From positions 5,395 through 69,394 of the forward strand of contig JAUCBJ010005050.1 of NCBI GenBank assembly GCA_032718475.1: a stretch of DNA of 64,000 bases, read 5' to 3'. Below, piece after piece: positions 39,601 through 53,116 of this stretch. Made by a program: the position numbers and the translations under genes. Positions within the stretch are counted from its first letter, which is position 1. Every line of letters begins with the position of its first letter. This stretch comes from Nemertoderma westbladi (Eukaryota > Animalia > Xenacoelomorpha). The notes beneath the pieces were generated by a model. It saw only the letters and a list, made by a program, of their open reading frames with translations. It had not been told where the DNA came from and did no database searches.

Positions 39601-42600
39601 TTGGCTGAAGGTAATCAACCAACGGTTAGACATGCAGACAAGGTCGGCGGAAGGTAATCAACCAACGGCTAGCCATGCAGACAAGGTCGGCGGAAGGTAA
39701 TCAACCAACGGCTAGACATACAGACAAGGTCGGCGGAAGGTAATCATCCAACGGCTAGCCATGCAGACAAGGTCGGCGGAAGGTAATCAACCAACGGCTA
39801 GCCATGCAGACAAGGTCGGTGGAAGGTAATCAACCAACGGCTAGCCATGCAGACGAGGTCGGCGGAAGGTAATCATCCAACGGCTAGCCATGCAGACAAG
39901 GTCAGCGGAAGGTAATCAACCAACGGCTAGACATACAGACAAGGTCGGCGGAAGGTAATCATCCAACGGCTAGCCATGCAGACAAGGTCGGCGGAAGGTA
40001 ATCAACCAACGGCTAGCCATGCAGACAAGGTCGGTGGAAGGTAATCAACCAACGGCTAGCCATGCAGACGAGGTCGGCGGAAGGTAATCATCCAACGGCT
40101 AGCCATGCAGACAAGGTCAGCGGAAGGTAATCAACCAACGGCTAGACATACAGACAAGGTCGGCGGAAGGTAATCATCCAACGGCTAGCCATGCAGACAA
40201 GGTCGGCGGAAGGTAATCATCCAACGGCTAGCCATGCAGACAAGGTCAGCGGAAGGTAATCAACCAACGGCTAGACATACAGACAAGGTCGGTGGAAGGT
40301 AATCAACCAACGGCTAGACATGCAGACAAGGTCGGCGGAAGGTAATCAACCAACGGCTAGACATGCAGACAAGGTCGGTTGAAGGTAATCAACCAACGGC
40401 TAGACATGCAGACAAGGTCGGCGGAAGGTAATCAACCAACGGCTAGACATGCAGACAAGGTCGGCTGAAGGTAATCAACCAACGGCTAGACATGCAGACA
40501 AGGTCGGGGGAAGGTAATCAACCAACGGCTAGCCATGCAGACAAGGTTGGTGGAAGGTAATCAACCAACGGCTAACCATGCAGACAAGGTCGGCGGAAGG
40601 TAATCAACCAACAGCTAGCAGACAAGGTCGGCTGAAGGTAATCAATCAACCAACGGCTAGACATGCAGACAAGGTCGGCTGAAGGTAATCAACCAACGGC
40701 TAGCCATGCAGACAATGTCGACTGAAGGTAATCAACCAACGGCTAGACATGCAGACAAGGTCGGCGGAAGATAATCAACCAACGGCTAGACATGCAGACA
40801 AGGTCGGCGGAAGATAATCAACCAACGGCTAGATATGCAGACAAGGTCGGCGGAAGATAATCAACCAACGGCTAGACATGCAGACAAGGTCGGGGGAAGG
40901 TAATCAACCAATGGCTAGCCATGCCGACAAGGTTTGTGGAAGGTAATCAACCAACGGCTAGCCATGCAGACAAGGTCGGCTGTAGGTAATCAACCAACGG
41001 CTAGACAAGCAGACAAGGTCGGGGGAAGGTAATCAACCAACGGCTAGCCATGCAGACAAGGTTTGTGGAAGGTAATCAACCAACGGCTAGACATGCAGAC
41101 AAGGTCGGCGGAAGATAATCAACCAACGGCTAGCCATGCAGACAAGGTCGGCGGAAGGTAATCAACCAACAGCTAGCAGACAAGGTCGGCTGAAGGTAAT
41201 CAACCAACGGCTAGACATGCAGACAAGGTCGGCTGAAGGTAATCATCCAACGGCTAGCCATGAGGACAATGTCGGCTGAAGGTAATCAACCAACGGCTAG
41301 ACATGCAGACAAGGTCGGCGGAAGATAATCAACCAACGGCTAGACTTGCAGACAAGGTCGGGGGAAGGTACTCAACCAACGGCTAGACATGCAGAGAAGG
41401 TCGACTGAAGGTAATCATCCAACGGCTAGCCATGCAGACAAGGTTGGCTGAAGGTAATAATTCAACGGCTAGCAGACAAGGTCGGCTGAAGGTAATCAAC
41501 CAACGGCTAGACATGCAGACAAGGTCGGCGGAAGGTAATCATCCAACGGCTAGCCATGCAGACAAGGTCGGCGGAAGGTAATCAACCAACGGCTAGACAT
41601 ACAGACAAGGTCGGCGGAAGGTAATCATCCAACGGCTAGCCATGCAGACAAGGTCGGCGGAAGGTAATCAACCAACGGCTAGCCATGCAGACAAGGTCGG
41701 TGGAAGTTAATCAACCAACGGCTAGCCATGCAAACAAGGTCGGTGGAAGGTAATCAACCAACGGCTAGACATGCAGACAAGGTCGGCGGAAGGTAATCAA
41801 CCAACGGCTAGACATGCAGACAAGGTCGGTTGAAGGTAATCAACCAACGGCTAGACATGCAGACAAGGTCGGCAGAAGGCAATCAACCAACGGCTAGACA
41901 TGCAGACAAGGTCGGCTGAAGGTAATCAACCAACGGCTAGACATGCAGACAAGGTCGGGGGAAGGTAATCAACCAACGGCTAGCCATGCAGACAAGGTTG
42001 GTGGAAGGTAATCAACCAACGGCTAACCATGCAGACAAGGTCGGCGGAAGGTAATCAACCAACAGCTAGCAGACAAGGTCGGCTGAAGGTAATCAACCAA
42101 CGGCTAGACATGCAGACAAAGTCGGCTGAAGGTAATCATCCAACGGCTAGCCATGCAGACAATGTCGGCTGAAGGTAATCAACCAGCGGCTAGACATGCA
42201 GACAAGGTCGGCGGAAGATAATCAACCAACGGCTAGACATGCAGACAAGGTCGGCGGAAGATAATCAACCAACGGCTAGATATGCAGACAAGGTCGGCGG
42301 AAGATAATCAACCAACGGCTAGACATGCAGACAAGGTCGGCGGAATGTAATCAACCAATGGCTAGCTATTCAGACAAGGTTTGTGGAAGGTAATCAACCA
42401 ACGGCTAGCCATGCAGACAAGGTCGGCTGTAGGTAATCAACCAACTGCTAGACAAGCAGACAAGGTCGGGGGAAGGTAATCAACCAACGGCTAGCCATGC
42501 AGACAAGGTTTGTGGAAGGTAATCAACCACCAGGTATTCGACCAGGGGCGTCCTCCAAGGAGACACACTTGCACCATTCTTGTTATTAATTGTTGTTGAC

Positions 42601-44720
42601 TATGTTCTACGCATGTCCTTAGATCATCATAATGATGATGGGGTGATGATAACTCCACCTACTGGCTCCAGAAGTCGAGGAAATCCTGCTAAGTACCTAA
42701 CTGATCTAGACTTTGCTGATGACTTAGGAGTACTATCAGAATCATTAGAGGGAGCCCAACGGCTCCTCAGCTCATTAGAACTTGCTGCTTCTAGTGCTGG
42801 TCTTTTTATTAACTCCAGAAAGACCAAAATTCTGACAGTTAACTTTGAAAGTCCTCAGCAAGTCTCTGATCGGATGAGCATAAGCTCAAAGGATGGTATG
42901 CTTGAGCATGTGGACGACTTCTGTTACCTGGGATCATGGATCCGGAAGTCAGGTGAGGACCTTCGAATACGTAAGGGAAAGGCATGGGCAGCCTTGAATA
43001 GGCTTTCCAGGATTTGGAAGTCACCGAGAATTAATCGGAAACTTAAGGTCCGATTATTTAGAGCAGCAGTAGTTCCAGTACTCCTCTACGGGAGTCCATG
43101 CTGGGCTCTAACTGCTGAGGACACCAAATCTCTGGATGGCACATTCACAAGAATGCTACGCCGGGTTCATTGTGTCAAGTACAATGCACACATCTCCAAC
43201 CAGACACTATATAACATTGGAGTTGTCTCATTGTTTCCCCCAAGCTTGACACTAGAACAAAATCGCCTCCGCTTTGCAGGACATTGCTTTCGCCGTGAGG
43301 ACCAGCCAGTGCATAATCTTGTACTTTGGCAGCCTCATGGAGTGAATAAGCATGGTGGACAGCCCATGACTTTCTTGAGACGCATCTTAAAGGACACTGG
43401 CCTTAAAGATGCGGATGATCTAGCAAATGTCATGGGTGATAGGGAGTTGTGGCGGTGCAATTTTGTTGACAAGCCGGCACAGCATTCTTAAAAATGCAGC
43501 TGCAATGCAGCATGCCGATCATAGTAGTAGTAGTATAGTAGTAATCAACCAACGGCTAGACATGCAGACAAGGTCGGCGGAAGATAATCAACCAACGGCT
43601 AACCATGCAGACAAGGTCGGCGGAAGGTAATCAACCAACAGCTAGCAGACAAGGTCGGCTGAAGGTAATCAACCAACGGCTAGACATGCAGACAAGGTCG
43701 GCGGAAGATAATCAACCAACGGCTAGACTTGCAGACAAGGTCGGGGGAAGGTACTCAACCAACGGCTAGACATGCAGACAAGGTCGACTGAAGGTAATCA
43801 TCCAACGGCTAGCCATGCAGACAAGGTTGGCTGAAGGTAATCAATCAACGGCTAGACATGCAGACAAGGTCGAGGGGAAGGTAATCAACCAACGGCTTTC
43901 CATGCAGACAATGTCGGCTGAAGGTAGTCAACCAACGGCTAGACATGCAGACAAGGTCGGCGGAAGATAATCAACCAACGGCTAGACTTGCAGACAAGGT
44001 CGGGGGAAGGTACTCAACCAACGGCTAGACATGCAGAGAAGGTCGACTGAAGGTAATCAACCAACGGCTAGCCATGCAGACAAGGTTTGTGGAAGGTAGT
44101 CAACCAACGGCTAGACATGCAGACAAGGTCGGCGGAAGATAATCAACCAACGGCTAGACATGCAGACAAGGTCGGGGGAAGGTAATCAATCAATGGCTAG
44201 CCATGCAGACAAGGTTTGTGGAAGGTAATCAACCAACGGCTAGACATGCAGACAAGGTCGGCGGAAGATAATCAACCAACGGCTAGACATGCAGACAAGG
44301 TCGGATGAAGGTAATTATACAACGGCTAGCCATGCAGACAAGGTCGGCTGAAGGTAATCAACCAACGGCTAGACATGTAGACAAGGTCGGCTGAAGGTAA
44401 TCAACCAACGGCTAGACATGCAGACAATGTCGGGGGAAGGTAATCATCCAACGGCTAGCCATGCCGACAAGGTCGGCTGAAGGTAATCATTAATCAACCA
44501 ACGGCTAGACATGCAGACAAGGTCGAGGGGAAGGTAATCAACCAACGGCTTTCCATGCAGACAATGTCGGCTGAAGGTAATCAACCAACGGCTAGCCATG
44601 CAGACAAGGTCGGCGGAAGGTAATCAGCCAACGGCTAGCCATGCAGACAAGGTCGGCGGAAGGTAATCAACCAACGGCTAGACATGCAGACAAGGTCGGC
44701 GGAACGTAATCAACCAACGG
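36673..44720. repeat. 43-bp satellite, right arm (interrupted by the RTE at 42530-43540)
   Basis: Same unit resumes in phase after the TSD; more divergent variants than the left arm. Confidence 0.97.
42530..43540 (+). mobile_element. 5'-truncated RTE-clade non-LTR retrotransposon
   Basis: GVLQGDTLAP, LDFADD, FCYLGS, VLLYG, RLRFAGH motifs; no C-terminal CCHC; (TAG)n tail; 11-bp TSD GTAATCAACCA at 42519-42529 and 43541-43551. Confidence 0.93.
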
Positions 44721-46255
44721 CGACCTACTGCGAAGACGCTTGTAGGAGTTGCGACCACAAGCGATTTACTCCCACAACAGAAAGATATGAGTATGAGAAC
44801 CCTCCAGGAGAAATACCGGCTCGGTCTTTATAGGATCCATTAGATGAATAACCCCGGGAGATTAAAACACTTTCTTCGTATATAAACTTATAATATATTC
44901 TGTAAACTAAATTAATAACGACCACTGACAATGTTGGGCTCCGATTAGGAATATATTACAGAATATCAAACCGCTTAGTTATAATATGATATATCAATAT
45001 CACTTCACTAAAATATATTATAATCCTAAATATTATTAATAATTATCATTATATTAAAAAAAATAAAAAATACAAACAGAAAGGGAAATCAACTAACAAT
45101 ATATATCAAATTTTAAAAGCACAATAACATTGGTTTGGTGAACAATCAGCACATAATAACCGTGTGTGGGCATTGCGATGAAATATAGAAGCAGTAACAT
45201 AAATAACAAACTTTATGTCACTAACAGAGTAGAATCTATATTTATTGGCTATATTGATATCGAATTAATTGGTTCGCATTCTAGTAAACAAAGGAGTCCG
45301 GCGGGTTAGTGGTATTATATTTATTTCGCCGTGAGGGCCAGACTGGGCATAATATTGTGCTTTGGTAGCCCCACGGGGGAAATAAGCAAGGTGGACAGCA
45401 CATGACTTTCTTTAGATGCCTCTTAATTTCAAGTAACAGTGAACAATTTTCAAAAAATATGAAAGTTACACTTTTCACTGTATCTTTTTTCAATAAAGGT
45501 TTTCTGAGGCGCTGAATCCATTGTAAAACATTTAAAAATCACTTGATTACAATTACTGACAGTTTTAGTTTTCTACGTTGGCAAAAAATGAAAAAAAAAA
45601 ACAAGTAACCAGAACTTTTCAGTTTGAACACAAAAATTTAAATCGACACATATGGTGCTATAAATTCAATATTTTATGTTTTCTAGGGCTCTGATTCTAA
45701 TGGAATACATTTCTAATGGTCCAGCAACCATTGCAAATTGTATTTTTCTGCGTAATAATTTTGGTGCTAGCACATAATTTTATCACTCCCACTTCTGAAA
45801 AATACAAGTTTGAGATTTACCTACAGAGCCGTGTTTATTTGCTTCATCGGATTCAGTACCACAATAATTACTTGATTCCGTATTTAGTATTTCCGTATCG
45901 CATCGAATCCCCGAGGATCTACCTATATAACTACATTAGCTTTAGAGTTTATTATGATTAACTCATTGATGTTCTATGGATGTCTAATATTTCCTTAAAC
46001 ATCAAAATTAACAAAATGTACAAATTGTCACTCAAAACAAATTGACTGAATTTAATACTGAAAAAATAAATGTAGCTTAATGTAACAACAACGTACTGGT
46101 TTAGCATATTTCCTAAGGTTGGTAACATATAGAATGCATAGCGTTTATCAGGAACGGTTTTTAGGAACGCTTTATGAATACTTTATTAACTCACTCACTT
46201 AGTATATTTCCTTTATGAGTTTTAACCGAATACACATTGGAATAATTGATCGCAT

Positions 46256-47530
46256 TCAAGGGAATTGAAAATATCTTAGAAACTCATCGGATATTTCGGG
46301 ACTAGACAGTGTGTTGTCATCCATAAGGTTTATTAAACCCTGAACTGGATTGGAACTGGTAGCATAAGACGGGGGCGGGGGCTTACCTTGATTGGTAGAG
46401 ATAGCAGATGGGATGGATGGCGCGACTTGATTGGAATTGGGGGCGGATACGAAAGGCAAAATCTCTATCAACTGATCCAACGTATCGCAAATGGAGATGG
46501 GAGGTGGAGCGGAAGGTAAAAATTCAGAAGTATTAGATGGGGCGGAATCTAGACGGGGCACGTCGGACCAAGAACCGGGGGGGTTTGATCTACGGGGATC
46601 CTCGACGGATGTGCGGGCTGATTGGAGATAGACGGCGCGGGGGGCGACTGAACGGGTATCGCAAACACCGGGGTTAGGGAGGCGATAGGGAGGGGTTGTA
46701 CTGGGGAGACCCGAGCCACTCAAATAGGGAGGGTTCAATCGTTGTTGAGTGATAGAAGTTGATTCAAAGTGAGGCGATGGGAATGGGTTGTGATTTACGA
46801 GGTTTAATGGAAGATCCGAACTAGACGGAATCGCGAGGGCCGTTCTTCTAAACGGCGTGGCAGTTTTACGATTCTCCCTAATGGCAAATTGCGAACATTG
46901 GTCCGCGGAAGAAAGTTGACCGTTTATATAGTTATCCACTCGTCTCGCGTTATTCGGGATAACGGTTTGGAGTAAACGTCGTTTACGTTGGGATGACGAC
47001 GCCACCGGTACAGCCGACGGCAGGTAAATAAACTCTCGGGGTTCGCTCATCTCCAACCTGGACGAGATCTTCCGCAGAAACAGTTCCACCGCGACCGGCT
47101 CCTTTATCGCCTCGTCGATGTACGGAGGCGTCGTGAAGGTGATGGCGATCTGTTTGTGGACGTCTTTGAGGCTGAAGCAGCCCAGAGCTTCCCAACCTCG
47201 ACGATCCGACACGACGACATCGACGTTGGCTTTCTGTATTCCGTTACAGAATATGGTGACTCTGTCGCCACCGCGGGCCCCACCACTGGTGCGGTCGAGT
47301 CGGACTATAGCGAGGTGCGAGTTAGGCGTAGGTCGTCGGTCCACTATCACGTTGCTGTAAACTGTCTCCAAGTCATCGGTAAAGTCCCCGTTGGAGTCCG
47401 GAAGAAACGCAAAGAAGGCCAGACGCACGGAATCCATGTCCAATGCCTTCATGTCCTTTTCCGGAACAATATTTAAGTTATGTCTCTTGGCAAAGTCTTC
47501 TTTTGCAACAATTTGAGGTTTCATGTCATT
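46256..47530 (-). CDS. Rel: Rel/NF-kB family transcription factor, last exon (RHD end, IPT domain, NLS, Pro/Ser-rich C-terminus)
   Basis: Acceptor TTTAG|AAT phase 0; VRLAFFAFLPD, GGD.V.IFC, DVHKQIAITFTTPPY, SEPREFIYLP, QRKRR; no ankyrin repeats. Confidence 0.9.
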   Translation of the reverse strand, partial: NDMKPQIVAKEDFAKRHNLNIVPEKDMKALDMDSVRLAFFAFLPDSNGDFTDDLETVYSNVIVDRRPTPNSHLAIVRLDRTSGGARGGDRVTIFCNGIQKANVDVVVSDRRGWEALGCFSLKDVHKQIAITFTTPPYIDEAIKEPVAVELFLRKISSRLEMSEPREFIYLPSAVPVASSSQRKRRLLQTVIPNNARRVDNYINGQLSSADQCSQFAIRENRKTATPFRRTALAIPSSSDLPLNLVNHNPFPSPHFESTSITQQRLNPPYLSGSGLPSTTPPYRLPNPGVCDTRSVAPRAVYLQSARTSVEDPRRSNPPGSWSDVPRLDSAPSNTSEFLPSAPPPISICDTLDQLIEILPFVSAPNSNQVAPSIPSAISTNQGKPPPPSYATSSNPVQGLINLMDDNTLSSPEISDEFLRYFQFP

Positions 47531-47699
47531 CTAAATAAACACAATTAAATATAAATATCCTGCGAAATGTAAAAATTAAACAACTTATGGAGCACTTTAG
47601 AGATCTTACCTGGCACACCGTAAATAAGGTATCTCATGGGCGTAAAAATTGCGACAAATGGAGACAGATGGAGGAAAGATGACGCAGATCCTATCTCGA

Positions 47700-48150
47700 G
47701 CGAATAATATCTGGTCCAATGTCAAATGATAAATTAAGTTACAGTGGCACATTATTCTAATCAAAATAATTTCCCATGGCCATGGGGAGGATGAATTTTG
47801 ACTGGGTAGAAAGTCCCTAGCCATACGAAAGGATCTGGTTGGAAAAGGCGCTGATAGTCCTAAAGAACGTGTTGGGAAATGGAAAGATCACTTTTGCAAC
47901 TTATTGCTTGGGTAGCCAAGCTACCACACATCGCGAGGTCAGCCCTACAAGGTAAATATATGACAAGACGCTACCAATAGAAACAGGGGACATCACTCCC
48001 ACCGAACTCCAAAGAGGCATTAAAGGCATGTCCAATAATAAAGCGAGTGGATTAGATGAATTCCTGCAGAGGAATGGAAAACAGGAATGCTAAACAGACC
48101 ATTAGGTTGCAAGCTGCAACTACACCGAAGATACTACTAGCACTATGGAA
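47700..48150 (+). mobile_element. Degenerate RTE-like LINE fragment in a Rel intron
   Basis: Reads ..ERVGKWKDHFCNLL..ELQRGIKGMSNNKASGLDE/PAEEWK.., the segment upstream of the LINE RT domain, with frameshifts. Confidence 0.65.
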
Positions 48151-48188
48151 ACGGGTTGAAGGAATTAAATGAAAGAACCAGCCTACAC

Positions 48189-49110
48189 GTCACACACCCC
48201 CTGTTACAAACCCCCTGTCACACACTCCCTGTCACACACTCCCTGTCACACACCCCCTGTCACACACTCCCTGTCACACACTCCCTGTCACACACCCCCT
48301 GTCACACACTCCCTGTCACACACTCCCTGTCACACACTCCCTGTCACACACTCCCTGTCACACACTCCCTGTCACACACTCCCTGTCACACACCCCCTGT
48401 CACACACTCCCTGTCACACACTCCCTGTCACACACTCCCTGTCACACACTCCCTGTCACACACTCCCTGTCACACACTCCCTGTCACACACTCCCTGTCA
48501 CACACTCCCTGTCACACACTCCCTGTCACACACCCCCTGTCACACACTCCCTGTCACACACTCCCTGTCACACACCCCCTGTCACACACTCCCTGTCACA
48601 CACTCCCTGTCACACACTCCCTGTCACACACCCCCTGTCACACACTCCCTGTCACACACTCCCTGTCACACACTCCCTGTCACACACTCCCTGTCACACA
48701 CCCCCTGTCACACACTCCCTGTCACACACCCCCTGTCACACACTCCCTGTCACACACTCCCTGTCACACACCCCCTGTCACACACTCCCTGTCACACACC
48801 CCCTGTCACACACTCCCTGTCACACACCCCCTGTCACACACTCCCTGTCACACACTCCCTGTCACACACCCCCTGTCACACACTCCCTGTCACACACTCC
48901 CTGTCACACACCCCCTGTCACACACTCCCTGTCACACACTCCCTGTCACACACTCCCTGTCACACACTCCCTGTCACACACCCCCTGTCACACACTCCCT
49001 GTCACACACCCCCTGTCACACACTCCCTGTCACACACTCCCTGTCACACACTCCCTGTCACACACTCCCTGTCACACACTCCCTGTCACACACTCCCTGT
49101 CACACACTCC
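48189..49110. repeat. 14-bp minisatellite CCCTGTCACACAC[T/C], about 66 copies, intronic
   Basis: Direct periodicity of 14. Confidence 0.97.
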
Positions 49111-49477
49111 ATTGGATGTCAAATAAGGGGCAACACATTTCCACTAGGCACTCGATTCTTTACTAACATCGCTATACGCGAGAATAGTGGAAATAATGTT
49201 CTACAATATTTACCAGGCAATAAATAATTAATTTTTAAACATAAAAAAGCACATTAGCTCGGGATCATTACGCCAGCCCGGCCCCCCCCCCCCCCCCCCC
49301 CCCAGCAGGGCCGGAGCCAGACATGTGTCGCATCCCATAGAGTCTATACAGTAATGTACTTCAATCGCTAAAGAAAACAAATATTATTTGTTCTAGAACT
49401 AATATACTATCCAATACATGCAAGATTACAGAGAGACGTTGAATGCAACCCATTACTCTGGGACTAATAGTGCCTAC

Positions 49478-49657
49478 CTTCTTAGTTCTGACCATTCCTA
49501 GTCTATCGAAGACGATCTCTTGGTTGTGTGTGACCTCGATGTCCTTTAGATAAACACCGTTGTCGCCCCCAAATATCTTGTGCACGTGAATCTTTGCTGG
49601 ATCATTGGCAGTAACTACAGCAACCATTAGCCTCACTGAACCTATATGGTTAAGGAT
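49478..49657 (-). CDS. Rel: Rel/NF-kB internal exon (RHD), 180 bp
   Basis: TTTCAG|ATC acceptor, AAG|GTAGGC donor, both phase 0; ILNHIGSVRLMVAVVT..P..H.H..G..FDRLGMVRTKK. Confidence 0.88.
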
Positions 49658-50041
49658 CTGAAATGATAAAATAATATGATAAAATAATGTTAAATATAGT
49701 TACATAAAGTTGTTTTTTTGGACTTTATTTTATATGTATTTAATTTTTGATCTTTATTTTATATTTATTTAGTGGACTTTATTTTTACTTTATTTTATAT
49801 ATTTAAAATAATAAATTATATTATACAGATATTAAATTGAAAAGTAATATATTGGGGCCTAATATTATAATAAAATAATAAATTATAAAAGTTTAACCTA
49901 CCGGTATGTTAATGACTATGGCTTAATCTGTTAACATTTTTGAATGGCTATATATACCTACTCTTACAGTCTTAACTCTTACACCTGTACACTCCACCTG
50001 GCTAAATACAGAGCTAGAGCGAACTATCAGACTGTCCTAAC

Positions 50042-50512
50042 CTTTATGGTCGGATATGTTTTCACATTCACGTCTGACGATTCTCCAAGCAAGACGCCGG
50101 GGAAGTTCCCTTCACTCTCGTAGCGAATCCGGTTTACTTCCGACTTTGGCTGCTCAATAATGACTATCCGAGGACGTGAGTTGGGGCATGTGGACGTGAG
50201 TAATCGAAGGGGTTGCATACTGTACCGGTGGCCAGCTATCGGTACCGGTACCGCTCCACGACCCCGTGATACTGTTTGAGAGTTAGGCACAGAAGGCGTG
50301 GTTGGATGTACAGAGTACTGCTGACAGTGTTGAGTTGGCGTTATCTCAGACTCAGATGATTCCTGGCCGGTACCGGTATGGGTATGTATGGCGTCTAATA
50401 CATCGCTAATTGTTACTGGTAAATTGTCTACAATGGGAGCGTGGGTTTTATGAACAAACGGGTAGTGGGGAGAAAAGACATAGCCAATGCTTATTCCAGA
50501 ATGATGCATCAT
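50042..50512 (-). CDS. Rel: Rel/NF-kB first visible coding exon (start uncertain)
   Basis: IIEQPK..RIRYESEG..G....KTYPTIK with donor AAG|GTTAGG; in-frame ATG at 50512, or an acceptor at 50428 with an unseen upstream exon. Confidence 0.8.
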
Positions 50513-50723
50513 ATGTATAAATAAATATAACAATAAAACAGCCCACCGGTAACCAGTAACTGCAAACCGCCAGACTGCGGAACATACAGTAGCATTACTG
50601 CATTAACTGTTAACTTCTGAACTTGCAACCAATTATACAGCGACATCACTGTCTGACTGTTGCAATGTCTGTGGTCTGACTGTACCAGCAGACCAGTAGA
50701 CTGCATCAAGCCCACTCACCCCG

Positions 50724-52154
50724 CCCATGTGAAGAATACCAGGATTTAACTTTTCGGTCGACTTTTTATTGGAATTTTATATATGATTAATTTTTATTTT
50801 TTTTAATTTATCTTTATTAAGTGTTTTTATAGGGGTGTTTGAAAAAGGTGGACTGGACACAGAAAACATGGACAATGGACAGACCAATCACGGGCGATTT
50901 GCGTTACACAGCATGTCTACCTTTTTCAGCTTTGTTGTCCACCTTTTTCAAATTTGAATAAGGTGGACTGGGTTGAGAAAGAACAGGCAATGATGCCAAT
51001 TGACCAATCAGATTGATTTGCACATTATAGCAGCTCTGTCCACGTTTTTCAAAAAATTTCAGAAGGTTTTTTTATTGTTATTATTATCCCATACTTACTG
51101 TGACCAACCAGCCAACCGAAGTTGTCGAAATAGGCCTAGTTCAATAATATGTGGCGAGCCACGCGAAGTCTGTGAGCTGAGCCTTACAGCCTTAGCATCA
51201 ATATTGGAACGTCAATATTCTAACTCATTACAGTAGTATAAAGTTAATTATAATTAACTACCTATTGTACTGTGTGCTGTGGGGGAAATATAATATGCTT
51301 TATTTTACCGTTCATCCCGAGATCTGTTATTAAACGACCGAGCGCAGCGAGGGGAGGTAAATAAGTCCCCATATTTTGGGAGTGGCGGTCCGAAACCCTA
51401 ATTCAAAGTGGAAATGGAGGCCCAAAAACTTAATTACAACTGTCATGTTATGATTGTAACCCCTTAAATATTTAAACCACTTAAATATTTTGGATCCTAA
51501 ATTCGACAAAATGTCTTAGATTAGAGCATCGGGACTTTAAGGTTATAGGGTTAATGAGTTTTAATTAGGGTTTGGGCCTGACCAACTAACCCTAACCACA
51601 AAAATAAACCAATAAATCTAAGTTAAAGTGCTGTACGGTACGCTAGACCTACTATTAATATACTGTAAGTCTATAGGAAGGCAATCTGCGCGGGGGGGGG
51701 GGGGGTGGTGTAGATACGCCTAGGACACCGGCAGCATTCTTAATGCAGCTGCTTCCAGCATGCCCATTATAGATACACTGTAGATAATTGAAACCTGAAA
51801 AGGTGGACAGTCCAATCATTAATCATCTTTAATACGTTTCTGATTGGTCAGCCTATCTATGTTTTTTGTGCATGTGTCCAGTCCACCTTTTTCAAACACA
51901 CATCTTATACCCAATTATGTAACTAAGAAAGCGAAACTTGAAAAAGGTGGACAGACCAATTGCTACAAACTGTATGAACAACTTTATGAAGATTTTTTAT
52001 TTTTTTTTAATTTATCTCTATTAAGTGTTTTATAGCGCATATTTATGTCTTATAACCTGTACATATACTGATTTGTTTATGGTTTTGGTTAGATTCAGCT
52101 CTTCTGTAACCTGTGTTTTTGGTGAAAACCTGGTGCTGGTATTCTTCACATGGG
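50724..52154. mobile_element. Composite MITE/foldback-like element between Rel and Smad4
   Basis: 19-bp inverted termini CCCATGTGAAGAATACCAG / CTGGTATTCTTCACATGGG; inner inverted repeats 50834-50890 vs 51841-51899; repeated AAAAGGTGGAC..CCAAT motifs; short RTE 3' remnant near 51730-51775. Confidence 0.55.
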
Positions 52155-53116
52155 GGTAGCTGAAAAGTGAAATATAACGGTAGAAAGTCTGGTTTTTTTT
52201 CACATGGGCCGCTCCCCCAAAAAATGTAATTGGAAGTAGTTTCACACCTCCCTCCTCCTCCGTGGGTGAGTCAGAATTTTTATTTTAGCTTTCAATCTTT
52301 TCGCTACAACAGTATAAGTTGTCTCCGAATATATTACCCCTGTTTGTAAATTGCAAAACGTTTCAGGAAACCATTAGTAGTAGTGAGACTTGATTAGAGT
52401 GTATACAATGTATATGTCTATAAAGTATATATACTGTATTTAACTCTATACAGTATTTACTACAAAAACAAAATTTATACTGTACAAATGGAAAACACAA
52501 TATATTTAAATAATATGCCAGACAGTCTGCTTATGTGGGTAGTGCATTGAAAGTGTTATTCTGTTATTAGTATACTTTGCCAGATGTTCATTTTATGTTA
52601 ATCTACTGTGCAGTGTAGTCAGGTAGTGTATATGTGCAAAATAATTATTGTTTCATTGTTATTCTGGCGATATTAATATTAATAAACAACACAACTGGTG
52701 AAGTGCTATATAGAATAAAGAGAACATACTGCTGTACAGCTGTAGGCCTACTCAAGGTGTACTTAAGTACTGCATACCACTACCGGTCCGGTACGGTACC
52801 GTACCTTTACTGCTTTACACTCTATGCTCTACGGCTACAGCTCCAGCCAGAGCTCTACCGAAAAGACATTCCCGTTGCCGCGTGCAGGTACCCTTACGGC
52901 TGTACGGACACTGGACACTGGGACAGACTGATAATTCAGTAATTTAAGCAAGGGGACGGTTCTGTTTTTACCGTACGTAGGCCTACAGTTATTCAGGTAG
53001 GCCTACTGGCCTAGGCCTTTACTGCTTTATATTACATATTACCGGTCTGCCGATCCGGTAAGATTCAAACTCCATACTGATAGATTTAATTCAATTCAGA
53101 ATTATATATAAATTCA

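Noticed and set aside
4562-44720. CRISPR-like array of 43-bp repeats
   Set aside because: Head-to-tail units with no unique spacers, no cas genes, eukaryotic context; it is a satellite
48156-49227. 336-aa and 352-aa HTPCHTLPV ORFs
   Set aside because: Stop-free 14-bp minisatellite inside a Rel intron
50714-50728. ATG GGC GGG|GTGAGT as Rel exon 1
   Set aside because: Phase 0 donor does not match the best acceptors (phase 1), and it overlaps a MITE terminus
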